Assembly (NCBI GenBank): GCA_046538485.1
Contig: JBKHIT010000009.1
Span: 42,790 to 106,789 of the forward strand
Direction of reading: 5' to 3'
DNA: 64,000 nucleotides
Origin: Candidatus Brocadiia bacterium
GTDB lineage: Bacteria; Planctomycetota; Brocadiia; SM23-32
In this document: positions 9,645 to 18,301 of the stretch, one piece after another
Position numbering within the stretch: position 1 is the first letter of the stretch
Layout of the letters: the number at the start of each line of letters is the position of its first letter
The notes under the pieces: generated by a model
What the model saw: the letters and a program-made list of their open reading frames with translations, nothing else
Database searches by the model: none
Told to the model about the DNA's origin: nothing
Made by a program: the position numbers and the translations under genes

Positions 9645-10979
9645 TTAGAGTTTTTCGGGGTTCTCAAGCAGATCTCGGAAAGTCGCGTAAAACTCTGCCG
9701 CTTGTGCACCATCCACAACACGGTGATCTGCACTGATAGTAACTTTCATCAGGGGTTCTATGCGGATAGCGCCGTCTTCTGCGATGACTTCTTCAGCTAT
9801 TTTCCCGACGCCGATGATGCAGCTCTCGGGAGGATTGATAATAGGGATAAAATAATCTACCCCGTATGTTCCCAAATTGCTGATAGTCAGGCTGCCCCCT
9901 TCGTACTGATCTGGTCGAAGCTTTCCTTCACGGGCCGTAGCTGCAAGCGACTTGAGGTCGGAAGATATTTCCTTCAAATTGCGCCGGTCGGCATTGTGAA
10001 TGACCGGCACAAAAAGACCATCCTCGACGGCGACTGCAACTCCGACGTTGGCCTTTGAGTTGAGAAGAATAGAATCACCATCGAAACGAGCATTAACGCG
10101 GGGATGGTCTTTCATTGCCAGTCCCGCTGCTTTCACCAGCAAATCCGTAAACGTTATATGCACGTCAGCGGACATATTGAGTTCCTGGCGATACTCCGCA
10201 GCCGCCCGCATGTTGATCTGTCCGACGAGATAAAAATGCGGCACGGACTGTTTGGACTCTGCCATGCGCTGAGCAATGGTCTGGCGCATTGCCGGCAATT
10301 CCACCCGGTTGCTACCGGAAACCGTCCCCGTGGCCGCACCCTCCTCTGCAGCGCGCTGAACATCTTCACGGGTAATTCGCGTCGCCCCTTCGGCCGGTTC
10401 AAGCCCTCGGAGATCGACCCCCTGTCGAATAGCCACTTCCCTGGCTGTTGGGGTGTAATTTATCTGGGATAGCTCATCGAGGTACGTTTCAATGTCTCTT
10501 TCAATAATCCGACCTTGAGGGCCCGATCCGCTCAGAGTGTTAACCGGTATTTGGTTTTCTTCCGCCAGTTTTCTGGCGCGGGGCGATATAAAAACGCGTG
10601 CGGCAGCGTCTGAACCCGGAGATATCCCAGAGGAAACCGTCTCTTGCTGAGCCGTTGCTTGATCTTCGGTACTTTCTGCCACCTCGACAGATTCTTTCGT
10701 CTCTTCACGTAGAGCACTCAGGTCCTCCGGAAGTTCATCGTCTTCCTCACCGATGATTGCCACCAGCTCATTTACGGGGACGGTTTTGCCTTCTTCAACG
10801 AGTATTTTTTTAAGCAAGCCGTCGGCAAAAGATTCGACCTCAAGAGTTGCTTTATCCGTGGTAAGTTCGAAAAGAACTTCCCCTTTTTTAACTTTATCAC
10901 CTTCTTTTTTGTGCCATTTCTCTATCGTTCCTTCTTCCATTGTCTGGCCGAGTTGTGGCAGCAGGACTTCTTGAAGCAT
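9645..10979 (-). CDS. Dihydrolipoamide acyltransferase (E2) of a 2-oxoacid/acetoin dehydrogenase complex
   Basis: Lipoyl domain (ELTTDKAT), two peripheral-subunit-binding repeats, catalytic ISNLG and DHRVVDG; ATG 10979 preceded by GGAG. Confidence 0.93.
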   Translation of the reverse strand: MLQEVLLPQLGQTMEEGTIEKWHKKEGDKVKKGEVLFELTTDKATLEVESFADGLLKKILVEEGKTVPVNELVAIIGEEDDELPEDLSALREETKESVEVAESTEDQATAQQETVSSGISPGSDAAARVFISPRARKLAEENQIPVNTLSGSGPQGRIIERDIETYLDELSQINYTPTAREVAIRQGVDLRGLEPAEGATRITREDVQRAAEEGAATGTVSGSNRVELPAMRQTIAQRMAESKQSVPHFYLVGQINMRAAAEYRQELNMSADVHITFTDLLVKAAGLAMKDHPRVNARFDGDSILLNSKANVGVAVAVEDGLFVPVIHNADRRNLKEISSDLKSLAATAREGKLRPDQYEGGSLTISNLGTYGVDYFIPIINPPESCIIGVGKIAEEVIAEDGAIRIEPLMKVTISADHRVVDGAQAAEFYATFRDLLENPEKL

Positions 10980-11389
10980 TTCCTTATCTCCAGATGTTAT
11001 GGGCAGGTTAAGGACTTGGGGAAAGAACAATTTTAATTTCCAGGCTTGAATCGTGCAAGCACCAAGCGGCTGGCCCGGATCTTTCAAGCGTCCTCAGTGC
11101 TGCAGATGCGCGGAAGCCAGAGGCGGGTGTATTCTCATGCCCCAGCTGCAGCCTGACAAAGCAGAGAGGCAGAACGGTGTTCCATAAAGATTCTACCCTG
11201 ATTGGGCAACAATAGCTCCCAATTATCCGTAAAATCCGGGCTAAAAAAACGGCGCATAAATCTGATAACTTAAAATCAGTGATCAGCAACGAGGCGAACG
11301 CTACGTTGAGAAACGATTGGCTTTAACTGCTTTTTCACAAGGAAGATACAGACATCTTGCTGCACAGTAACACTGGCCGGACACTGTGA

Positions 11390-11469
11390 CACTTCTTGTT
11401 TTCGTAAGTTCTTACTCCTAAACGGCATGCGCCGTTTTATATAGCCTGCATCCGTAAGATGCAGGCTAG
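11390..11469. repeat. 80-nt intergenic triple-hairpin (REP-like) repeat, copy 2 (perfect stems)
   Basis: Stems GTAAG/CTTAC, AAACGGC/GCCGTTT, TAGCCTGCATC/GATGCAGGCTA; 85% identical to 3103-3182. Confidence 0.85.
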
Positions 11470-11739
11470 TGGCCCCTGACACTTGATTTTACCGGTTCAG
11501 TCGGGCGCTGGTAGTGCATATGCAAGGCGCAGTGAGAAGTTCGACCCAAACGGGTCCACGCCGAACTGCAACACCGCATATGGGCTGCCAGCGCACGACC
11601 CGTAGGGAGCAATTCTGCCGGGCCATTTCTTCGTTGCGGCTTCGCAGGGACCCGGCTGGGTCACCTTTGGCGCCGCGCCTCGAGCTGACCTCGGCAGAAC
11701 TGCTCTGAACCGGTAAAAGCAAGTGTCAGGGACCACTAG
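11466..11739. mobile_element. Miniature inverted-repeat transposable element (MITE), non-autonomous
   Basis: 35-bp terminal inverted repeats including CTAG at each end (11466-11500 vs 11705-11739, 2 mismatches); two internal hairpin arms; no transposase. Confidence 0.85.
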
Positions 11740-12905
11740 ACGCCGGGGTGACTGGCGACTGTTTCGGCAAGGCTCTTGGATTCGGTGGGGCGATCAGAAA
11801 AAATAACGTCCCGCCGCATTGCGACGCTGGAAACAAGTCCAAACGCGGCAAAGGTGCTGATCATTGAAGATCCTCCGTAGCTCATCAGCGGGAGAGTCAG
11901 CCCGGTAATGGGGGCGAGGCGGAGAGAAATGGCGATGTGTAAAAGACACTGGAAACCAAAAACCGCCATGATGCCTCCTACCAGAAGCCGACCGAAAGTG
12001 TCAGGTGTTTGTGGTGCGATTCTGGCCAGCATGAGCAAAACCATCAGGTAGAAAACAACCACCGCACTCGTCTTCACAAATCCCCACTCTTCGGCGATGA
12101 CCGGGAATATGAAATCGGTGTGGCGTTCTGGAACTCTTTTCAGTTGATTCAGAACGCCGCGACCCCAGCCCTGGCCCTCAAAACCTCCGCCAGCAACCGC
12201 AATGGTGGCCTGCCGGGCGTTGTACGATGCCGGGGAATGGGGACTGATGCGCGGATCGATAAAACTTATCACCCGTTGTTTTTGATAGTCTTTTAATGCT
12301 CCGGGAGTGAACCACATTGTAGCGGCGAATAAAACCCCTCCCGTGATGAGAAAAACAAGGTTCCGTATGGGAACCAGGGCCAGAAATGCGACCGCCAGGA
12401 AAGTCGGAAGGAAGAGCAGTGATGTCCCGAGATCGGGTTGGCCGACAATCAGTATCATGGGGGCGAATGTGAGAGCCAACGGAATGATAAGGTCACGGAA
12501 GCGGCTCAATCGGTCAGTGTAGGTAAAGTAAGTGGCCAGAACAATGACTACTAAGTATTTCATTGCCTCCGACGGCTGAATGCTGATAGGGCCGATGCTG
12601 TACCATCGGCATGCGTGATTGCGTTCAACCCCCAGAAGGGGGAGCAGGGCAAGCGCAATCAGTCCGGCCGCATACAGGATAGGACAGAGGCTGGGTAAAT
12701 GCCGGTAGTCGATTAAGGAAAGAGAGAAGAAAACAAATACGCCCAAGCAAAGAAAAATAAGATGCTTCTGGGCGAAAGCGGCGGAAGCTGCGCTTCGGAC
12801 AAACAACGCCCCAAGAAGAGCCAATAAGATAGCCGAGAGAAGCAAAACCCACGGGACCTTTTTAATCTCGAAAGGTCCTGTAATATCTCTTAATATCTTC
12901 AGCAT
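11736..12905 (-). CDS. rodA: SEDS family peptidoglycan polymerase, RodA-like
   Basis: IQPSE, QPDLGT, YQKQRV..F.DP, PERHTDFIF..IAEEWG, PITGLTLPLMSYGGSS. Confidence 0.85.
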   Translation of the reverse strand: MLKILRDITGPFEIKKVPWVLLLSAILLALLGALFVRSAASAAFAQKHLIFLCLGVFVFFSLSLIDYRHLPSLCPILYAAGLIALALLPLLGVERNHACRWYSIGPISIQPSEAMKYLVVIVLATYFTYTDRLSRFRDLIIPLALTFAPMILIVGQPDLGTSLLFLPTFLAVAFLALVPIRNLVFLITGGVLFAATMWFTPGALKDYQKQRVISFIDPRISPHSPASYNARQATIAVAGGGFEGQGWGRGVLNQLKRVPERHTDFIFPVIAEEWGFVKTSAVVVFYLMVLLMLARIAPQTPDTFGRLLVGGIMAVFGFQCLLHIAISLRLAPITGLTLPLMSYGGSSMISTFAAFGLVSSVAMRRDVIFSDRPTESKSLAETVASHPGV

Positions 12906-12918
12906 TTATACCGTTCGT

Positions 12919-14130
12919 TCAGATCTTGATATTATGTAAACTTGCCCCATCGGCAGGCCGGCAGAAACTGATCTCGGCCTTGCCTTCCATATCAGGATGA
13001 GCCGAGAGATAACGTTTAAGAATATCAGGGCCGAGTCCGTCCACAGGATGTTGCTTCAGCAGTCCGATGCTGCAACCCCTGAACCCGGCGCCGCTGAAGC
13101 GTGCACCGATGACCCCTTCGGAGTCGCAAAGGACCTCATAGGCCGTCCGCAGATATCGATTGCCACACTCATAGTTTTTCACCGAACTGCGTCCTGATTC
13201 GGTAATGATCCGGCCGAAATCTTCCAGATCTCCCCCTTCCCACAATTCAACACCGCGTCGGACGCGCTGTTGTTCCGAAAAAAAGTGCGTCGCCCGCCGC
13301 CTCAGAGGTTCAGGCAGAATTCCCCGATAATTCAGGAAGATTTCTCGTGGCACACGGCGCAATTTCGGGCTGTGCTTGGATGCCATCCCCGCTTTTTGGA
13401 GAAGGATTCGAGCGGCCTCTTCACATTCTTCGACGCGTCGGTTGTAATCGGTGTTTGAAAGCTGACTTTCCAGACCACTGTAAAGAATCCCAACCCAAAT
13501 ATCACATTCGATTCCACATGAGTGAAGCGTAACTTCGTTTGTCTGACAATCCAGATGCATCAGTTTGTCCTTCTTACTCATGAGAATAGACGATTGATCA
13601 AGCAATCCGTTGTTGAGTCCGATAAAATCATTTTCGATTCGTCGATCGAGTTCAATATTTTGCCTTCGGGTTACATCGAGGCCATTGACTGTTTCCAGAG
13701 CCAGCAGATAAGCTACCCCAACTGCTGCCGAAGAGCTGAGCCCTCCGACATGTTCATAACCATCAACGAGCCCAAGGAACCCGTTTTGAATTTTATATTC
13801 CTGGCGCAAAGCAAAAATTGCTCCCCGCAGATAATCTCCCCAATTCCCCTCTGGCTCAGGGACTTCATCATCCAATGCAAACTCAATCGTGCCGGGGAAA
13901 TTGGTGCTTTCTACGCGGACTTCAGCCTTTTGGGTGGGGGCAAAGGCCAATAGAAGGGCTTTTTCCAGTGCCATCCCTGTGACCTCACCGAGCTGATGAT
14001 CTATATGGGCACCAATCGGACAGATGCGGTATGGACTTCGCACGATTCGGACCGCGCTTTTATCGACGCTGAATCTTTCATGAAGGGACTCGACCAGCTG
14101 CCGGATTCTCTCTATGTCTGTTTCAGGCAC
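12919..14130 (-). CDS. GHMP sugar-1-kinase, galacturonokinase (plant GalAK)-like
   Basis: SPYRICPIGAHIDHQ, GLSSSAAVGVAYLLALE, IENDFIGLNNGLLDQS, GARFSGAGFRGC; probable GTG start at 14130 (uncertain). Confidence 0.8.
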   Translation of the reverse strand: MPETDIERIRQLVESLHERFSVDKSAVRIVRSPYRICPIGAHIDHQLGEVTGMALEKALLLAFAPTQKAEVRVESTNFPGTIEFALDDEVPEPEGNWGDYLRGAIFALRQEYKIQNGFLGLVDGYEHVGGLSSSAAVGVAYLLALETVNGLDVTRRQNIELDRRIENDFIGLNNGLLDQSSILMSKKDKLMHLDCQTNEVTLHSCGIECDIWVGILYSGLESQLSNTDYNRRVEECEEAARILLQKAGMASKHSPKLRRVPREIFLNYRGILPEPLRRRATHFFSEQQRVRRGVELWEGGDLEDFGRIITESGRSSVKNYECGNRYLRTAYEVLCDSEGVIGARFSGAGFRGCSIGLLKQHPVDGLGPDILKRYLSAHPDMEGKAEISFCRPADGASLHNIKI

Positions 14131-14248
14131 GGAAGCTACCTTGGACAAAAAATTTAATGAATCACGCTTTTTACGGTAATCCGCAAGCAACGGCAAAGTC
14201 AAGCCGGACCGTAAAGTCGGGTCACCATTTAGCGGCGGCAAAACTGTT

Positions 14249-14278
14249 TTGACCGGCGCCGGTGCGTGACGATATAAT
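14249..14278 (+). promoter_or_regulatory. Putative sigma70 promoter for zinc-ribbon gene/trxA
   Basis: TTGACC-18 nt-TATAAT in the divergent intergenic region. Confidence 0.5.
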
Positions 14279-14320
14279 AAGGAAGCCTAAGAGGTTTCTC
14301 TCAGATGCGATGTGACTGAT

Positions 14321-14875
14321 ATGGGTACCGAAAAAGTTGTTTGCCCCAGCTGCGGTCAAGAAGTAGACCCTGAGGAAGGTGTATGTCCAAACTGCGGGGT
14401 AAACGTCCGCAGCGGTGAGACTTTCAAGACCCGGATGAAACGGGCGAGGGGCCGCAAAACCGAGCATACGGAGATAATGCGTAACCTTGGTTTCGCTATT
14501 GTCCTGGCCTTTGGCCTGATCATTCTTGCTGGTTTTATGTACCACAGGCGCGTGTTGAAGGTCATGAGTAAGAGACAGAATCGAAGAATGTTCAGTTATT
14601 ACACGCGGAAAATGGATTGGTTGCGAGGGTTGGTAAAAGCGGGGAAGGTCGCGCAGGCACGACGCGAGGGGAAGGCACTGGTGAAGGAACTTCAGCAAGA
14701 CGCGGACGCTATCGAAATAGAGCTGGCGCCGTCCACAGAGCAGAAAGAGCAAGAAAGGGAACCCAAATCGCATCGAGAAGCTAAAAAGGCCCTTCTAAAA
14801 AATATGAGCGAGAAAGTAGAACACTTACTTTCAAACTTGCCAGAAACAGGCAACAATTCTGCCGGAAGCCGATAA
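14321..14875 (+). CDS. Hypothetical membrane protein with N-terminal zinc ribbon
   Basis: CPSCG...CPNCG, one hydrophobic segment (LGFAIVLAFGLIILAGFMY), helical C-terminus. Confidence 0.7.
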   Translation: MGTEKVVCPSCGQEVDPEEGVCPNCGVNVRSGETFKTRMKRARGRKTEHTEIMRNLGFAIVLAFGLIILAGFMYHRRVLKVMSKRQNRRMFSYYTRKMDWLRGLVKAGKVAQARREGKALVKELQQDADAIEIELAPSTEQKEQEREPKSHREAKKALLKNMSEKVEHLLSNLPETGNNSAGSR

Positions 14876-14891
14876 GGAGAAAGTAACTGAT

Positions 14892-15227
14892 ATGGCTGAA
14901 GACGTGTTAGAAGTGACGGACGATAATTTTGAGGAGACTGTTCTTGGTTCAGATCAACCGGTTATCGTGGATTTCTGGGCTCCATGGTGCGGACCATGCC
15001 AAATGGTAACCCCGCTGTTGGAAGAGCTCAGTGAGGAATACTCCGATTCGGTAAGCGTTTGCAAGCTGAACGTGGATGATGCACCGGACATCGCTGCGCA
15101 ATATGGGATCACATCGATACCTTCTGTCCTGTTTTTTAAGGATGGCGAAGAGTTAACGAACAGCAGGTTGATCGGGGCACGTCCCAAGGATAGCTACGAG
15201 AAAGTGGTGAAGGATATGGTCAAGTAG
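14892..15227 (+). CDS. trxA: Thioredoxin
   Basis: VDFWAPWCGPC, KLNVD, SIP; AAGGAG SD. Confidence 0.96.
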   Translation: MAEDVLEVTDDNFEETVLGSDQPVIVDFWAPWCGPCQMVTPLLEELSEEYSDSVSVCKLNVDDAPDIAAQYGITSIPSVLFFKDGEELTNSRLIGARPKDSYEKVVKDMVK

Positions 15228-15263
15228 GCCGTTTTTAGAACCCGCGTAAGTGAGCATTGCCCA

Positions 15264-15296
15264 CTAAAAAAGCCCCATTAACGGGGCTTTTTTTAG
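15264..15296. terminator. Bidirectional intrinsic terminator between trxA and rplQ
   Basis: AAAAAA-GCCCC-attaac-GGGGC-TTTTTTT between convergent genes. Confidence 0.88.
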
Positions 15297-15327
15297 GCGC
15301 TATAGTGCCGATCTCACGAGCGCGGAC

Positions 15328-16101
15328 CTAATGTTCTTCTGCCTCTTCTGGCCCGTCCTGTTCGTCAGCGGAATCTTCCGGCGGAGTTTCGGTCTCCGTC
15401 TCTCCATCTGTTTCCATCCCACTCTCAGCTTCTGTTTCGGCTGAGGGTTGAGTTTCCTCTTCCTCTTCGCCAGCATTACTCTCTGGCGGCTCTTCCTCTT
15501 CAACGGCAGCGACTTTTGCGTCTTCTTCTTCGGACAAGCTGATTTCAGGCTCGACTTCTTCTTCCTCAGGTGAAGGTTTTTCTTTTTCTACGAGTTCGAA
15601 TATTACCTGTTCAGCGTTATCGCCAAGGCGGTTGCCGGTCAGTTTCAATGTTCGAGTTTTACCGTTGATTGTGTAAGTAAAGACGGGGATTTCGCCGATT
15701 GTTTGACCGACCGGTACTCCGAGTCGGCTGCCCTGCAAACGGATGATACGAGTTTGACCACTTGGCCTATCGGCGTATCGCTCGGCAAGCGATTCACTTT
15801 CTACCCATGGTCCTTCGCCGAAGAGTTTTTGGACCATTTTTTTATCCTGCAGTTTTTTCAAGGCTTGCCGATAATAATGAAGGTATTTTCCACGATCGTC
15901 GGGGTCACCGGTATCTTTGTATGGTTGGGCTTTCCGGGCAAGCGTGATCAGCCGTTCCACAAAAGGTTGGGCTTCTTTCGCTTTAGCGGGAGTTGTCACA
16001 ATCCGTTCGTGCTCAAGAAGGGCTTTGGCCAGATTCTGCCGCAAGGCCTTTCTGTGAGCGGGTGTTCTGTTGAGTTTGCGTCCTTTTTTTCCGTGTTTCA
16101 T
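15328..16101 (-). CDS. rplQ: 50S ribosomal protein L17 with insertions and acidic tail
   Basis: MKHGKKGRKLNRTPAHRKAL, ERIVTTPAKAKE, RYADRPSGQTRI, RLGDNA. Confidence 0.95.
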   Translation of the reverse strand: MKHGKKGRKLNRTPAHRKALRQNLAKALLEHERIVTTPAKAKEAQPFVERLITLARKAQPYKDTGDPDDRGKYLHYYRQALKKLQDKKMVQKLFGEGPWVESESLAERYADRPSGQTRIIRLQGSRLGVPVGQTIGEIPVFTYTINGKTRTLKLTGNRLGDNAEQVIFELVEKEKPSPEEEEVEPEISLSEEEDAKVAAVEEEEPPESNAGEEEEETQPSAETEAESGMETDGETETETPPEDSADEQDGPEEAEEH

Positions 16102-16142
16102 CGTCAGTCCGATGCCCGTGACTAATGAGAGTATGAATGGTG

Positions 16143-17144
16143 TTATTCTTCGGGAGCGAGCAGCCCGATTTCTAAACCTTCTTTTTCAAGCTGTTCATGC
16201 AATTCATCAAGTGTGACCTGTCCGAAATTTCTGATATTTAGAAGTTCATTTTTTGTTTTTTCCAGGAGTTCGCCGACTGTTTTGATCCCTTCGCCTTCGA
16301 GGCAATTCAGCGCACGAGCGTTGAGATCAAGGGCTTTGAGAGGCATGGAGAGAGTGGACTCTGTGACCTGGGGTTGTTCACTTTCTTCGACGGGAGCGAG
16401 GGGGTGAGGTTCTTCTTGTGGAAGCAGTTGGCCGATCTCAAAGTATTGAACGAAGGGATTCAGGTATTTCCGGAGTATTTTGGAACCTTCCACCAGGGCC
16501 ATTTCAGGCCCCACAGAGCCGTCCGTCCAAATTTGGATGGTGAGGCAGTCGTAATTGGTCCGCTGACCGACTCGCGTATTAGCGACATCATAGGCCACAC
16601 GCTGGACGGGACTGAAAAGGGCATCGATAGGGATCGTGCCGATGGTTTCTGGGAGGTTTTCATGTTCCTCTGCTGGAACGTAGCCTCTGCCCTTTCGGAT
16701 TGTCAGTTCAGCTGAGAACTTTACGTCATCGGTCAGGGTGGCGATCAACTGGTCAGGGTTAGCGGCTTCCAGGTCCGCGGTGTCCTCTATATCACCGGCA
16801 GTCACCGGGCCTTCGCCTTCTTTTTCCACTTTGACGGTGCGCTCTTCGTCAGGATGGAGAGTCAGCACCAATTCTTTGATATTCAAGATGATTTCAGCGA
16901 CATCTTCTCGAACACCTTCCATTGCAGTAAATTCCTGCTGGACACCATCTATTCGAACGGCCACCACGGCTGCACCTTCAAGGGATGACAGCAAGACACG
17001 CCGCAGGCTGTTGCCAATGGTGTGGCCGAAACCACGTTCAAATGGTTCAACAACAAATTCACCGTACGTGTCCGAAAGGCTTTCCTCATTTGTTTCTACC
17101 TGGACGGGGAGTTCAAGCCCGCGCCATCTCACTCGTACCGGCAT
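16143..17144 (-). CDS. rpoA: RNA polymerase alpha subunit
   Basis: EPFERGFGHTIGNSLRRVLLSS, IDALFSPV, alpha-CTD IRNFG. Confidence 0.98.
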   Translation of the reverse strand: MPVRVRWRGLELPVQVETNEESLSDTYGEFVVEPFERGFGHTIGNSLRRVLLSSLEGAAVVAVRIDGVQQEFTAMEGVREDVAEIILNIKELVLTLHPDEERTVKVEKEGEGPVTAGDIEDTADLEAANPDQLIATLTDDVKFSAELTIRKGRGYVPAEEHENLPETIGTIPIDALFSPVQRVAYDVANTRVGQRTNYDCLTIQIWTDGSVGPEMALVEGSKILRKYLNPFVQYFEIGQLLPQEEPHPLAPVEESEQPQVTESTLSMPLKALDLNARALNCLEGEGIKTVGELLEKTKNELLNIRNFGQVTLDELHEQLEKEGLEIGLLAPEE

Positions 17145-17204
17145 CTATGTGCCTCCAAATATTTTTGCGAAAATGTTTTCCGTACCTGTGGTCGCTCCGA
17201 TGGA

Positions 17205-17828
17205 TTAACGAGAACAGAATTCCACCACAAGGCCTTCGTCGATTTCGACACTAATATCTTCACGCACGGGAAGTCGAGCAATACGGACTGTCAGGTCCGA
17301 ATCGTTGATTTCCAGCCATGCAGGTTCTGGGTGGCCCAGCTCCTCACGATTCTGTCGAATCATATCGAGTATATTATCCTCTGGTTTCGGGCGGATAACA
17401 TCACCCTTTTTCACGAGCGCACTGGGGACATCAGTTTTTGTACCGTTGAGATCGACATGACCATGTCGCACCAGCTGCCGGGCCTGAGCTCGAGATGCTG
17501 CAAATCCGGCCACTTTCACCACGTTATCAAGGCGCTGTTCAAGAAGCGACAGAACATTTTCTCCGGTGTTGCCTTTTTGTTTATTGGCGTGCTCAAAGAA
17601 GCGTCGGAACTGTCGTTCGTAGAGGCCGTAAAAACGTTTGAGTTTTTGTTTCTCCCGTAAACGGATTGCGTACGGAGAGGGTCTCCCGCGCTGCCATCCA
17701 TGCATTCCAGGAGGACGGCTGCGTTTTTCAATCGGGCACTTTGCGCTGTAGCACCGGGCACCCTTCAAAAACAGTTTGGCGCCCTCGCGTCTGCAGCGTT
17801 TACATTTTGGACCAGTGTCTCTTGCCAT
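17205..17828 (-). CDS. rpsD: 30S ribosomal protein S4 (Zn-motif type)
   Basis: MARDTGPKCKRCRREG, LREKQK, RLDNVV, ARQLVRHGH. Confidence 0.97.
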   Translation of the reverse strand: MARDTGPKCKRCRREGAKLFLKGARCYSAKCPIEKRSRPPGMHGWQRGRPSPYAIRLREKQKLKRFYGLYERQFRRFFEHANKQKGNTGENVLSLLEQRLDNVVKVAGFAASRAQARQLVRHGHVDLNGTKTDVPSALVKKGDVIRPKPEDNILDMIRQNREELGHPEPAWLEINDSDLTVRIARLPVREDISVEIDEGLVVEFCSR

Positions 17829-17881
17829 ATCGTTGCGTCTGCTCCTGAGGCCAATTTGTTGGAATTTCTCTCGTGATTTAT

Positions 17882-18259
17882 TTACACGCGCCGACGTTTG
17901 CGGGCACGACATCCGTTGTGGGGCAGGGGGGTTACATCCTCAATACTGTGAACAATCAATCCGGCCCCTTCAAGGGCTGCCACGGCCGATTCACGGCCTG
18001 CGCCGGGCCCTTTGACTTTAACATCCACTTCGCGTACACCCATTTTCTTGGCGTTCTGAGCGGCCTGCTCACTGGCTCTCTGAGCCGCAAAGGGCGTGCT
18101 TTTCCGCGCGCCACTGAAACCGCACGTTCCCGCGCTCTCCCAGCACAAAACTTCGCCTTTGAGATCGGTTATTGTAATTTTTGTGTTGTTAAATGTGGCA
18201 TGCACGTGGGCAACGGCGCGCGCACCCACTCGTTTGGTTCGTCCTTTTTTCTTTGCCAT
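17882..18259 (-). CDS. rpsK: 30S ribosomal protein S11
   Basis: [35 protein letters not shown]. Confidence 0.98.
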   Translation of the reverse strand: MAKKKGRTKRVGARAVAHVHATFNNTKITITDLKGEVLCWESAGTCGFSGARKSTPFAAQRASEQAAQNAKKMGVREVDVKVKGPGAGRESAVAALEGAGLIVHSIEDVTPLPHNGCRARKRRRV

Positions 18260-18301
18260 TCTTAAATCGGCTCCTCAAACAACGTATTCAGCGAAAATCT
18301 T

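Noticed and set aside
11489..11736. Small ORFs (64-79 aa) inside the MITE as a possible transposase or toxin
   Set aside because: Too short, no DDE/HUH motifs, and explained by GC-rich palindromic sequence.
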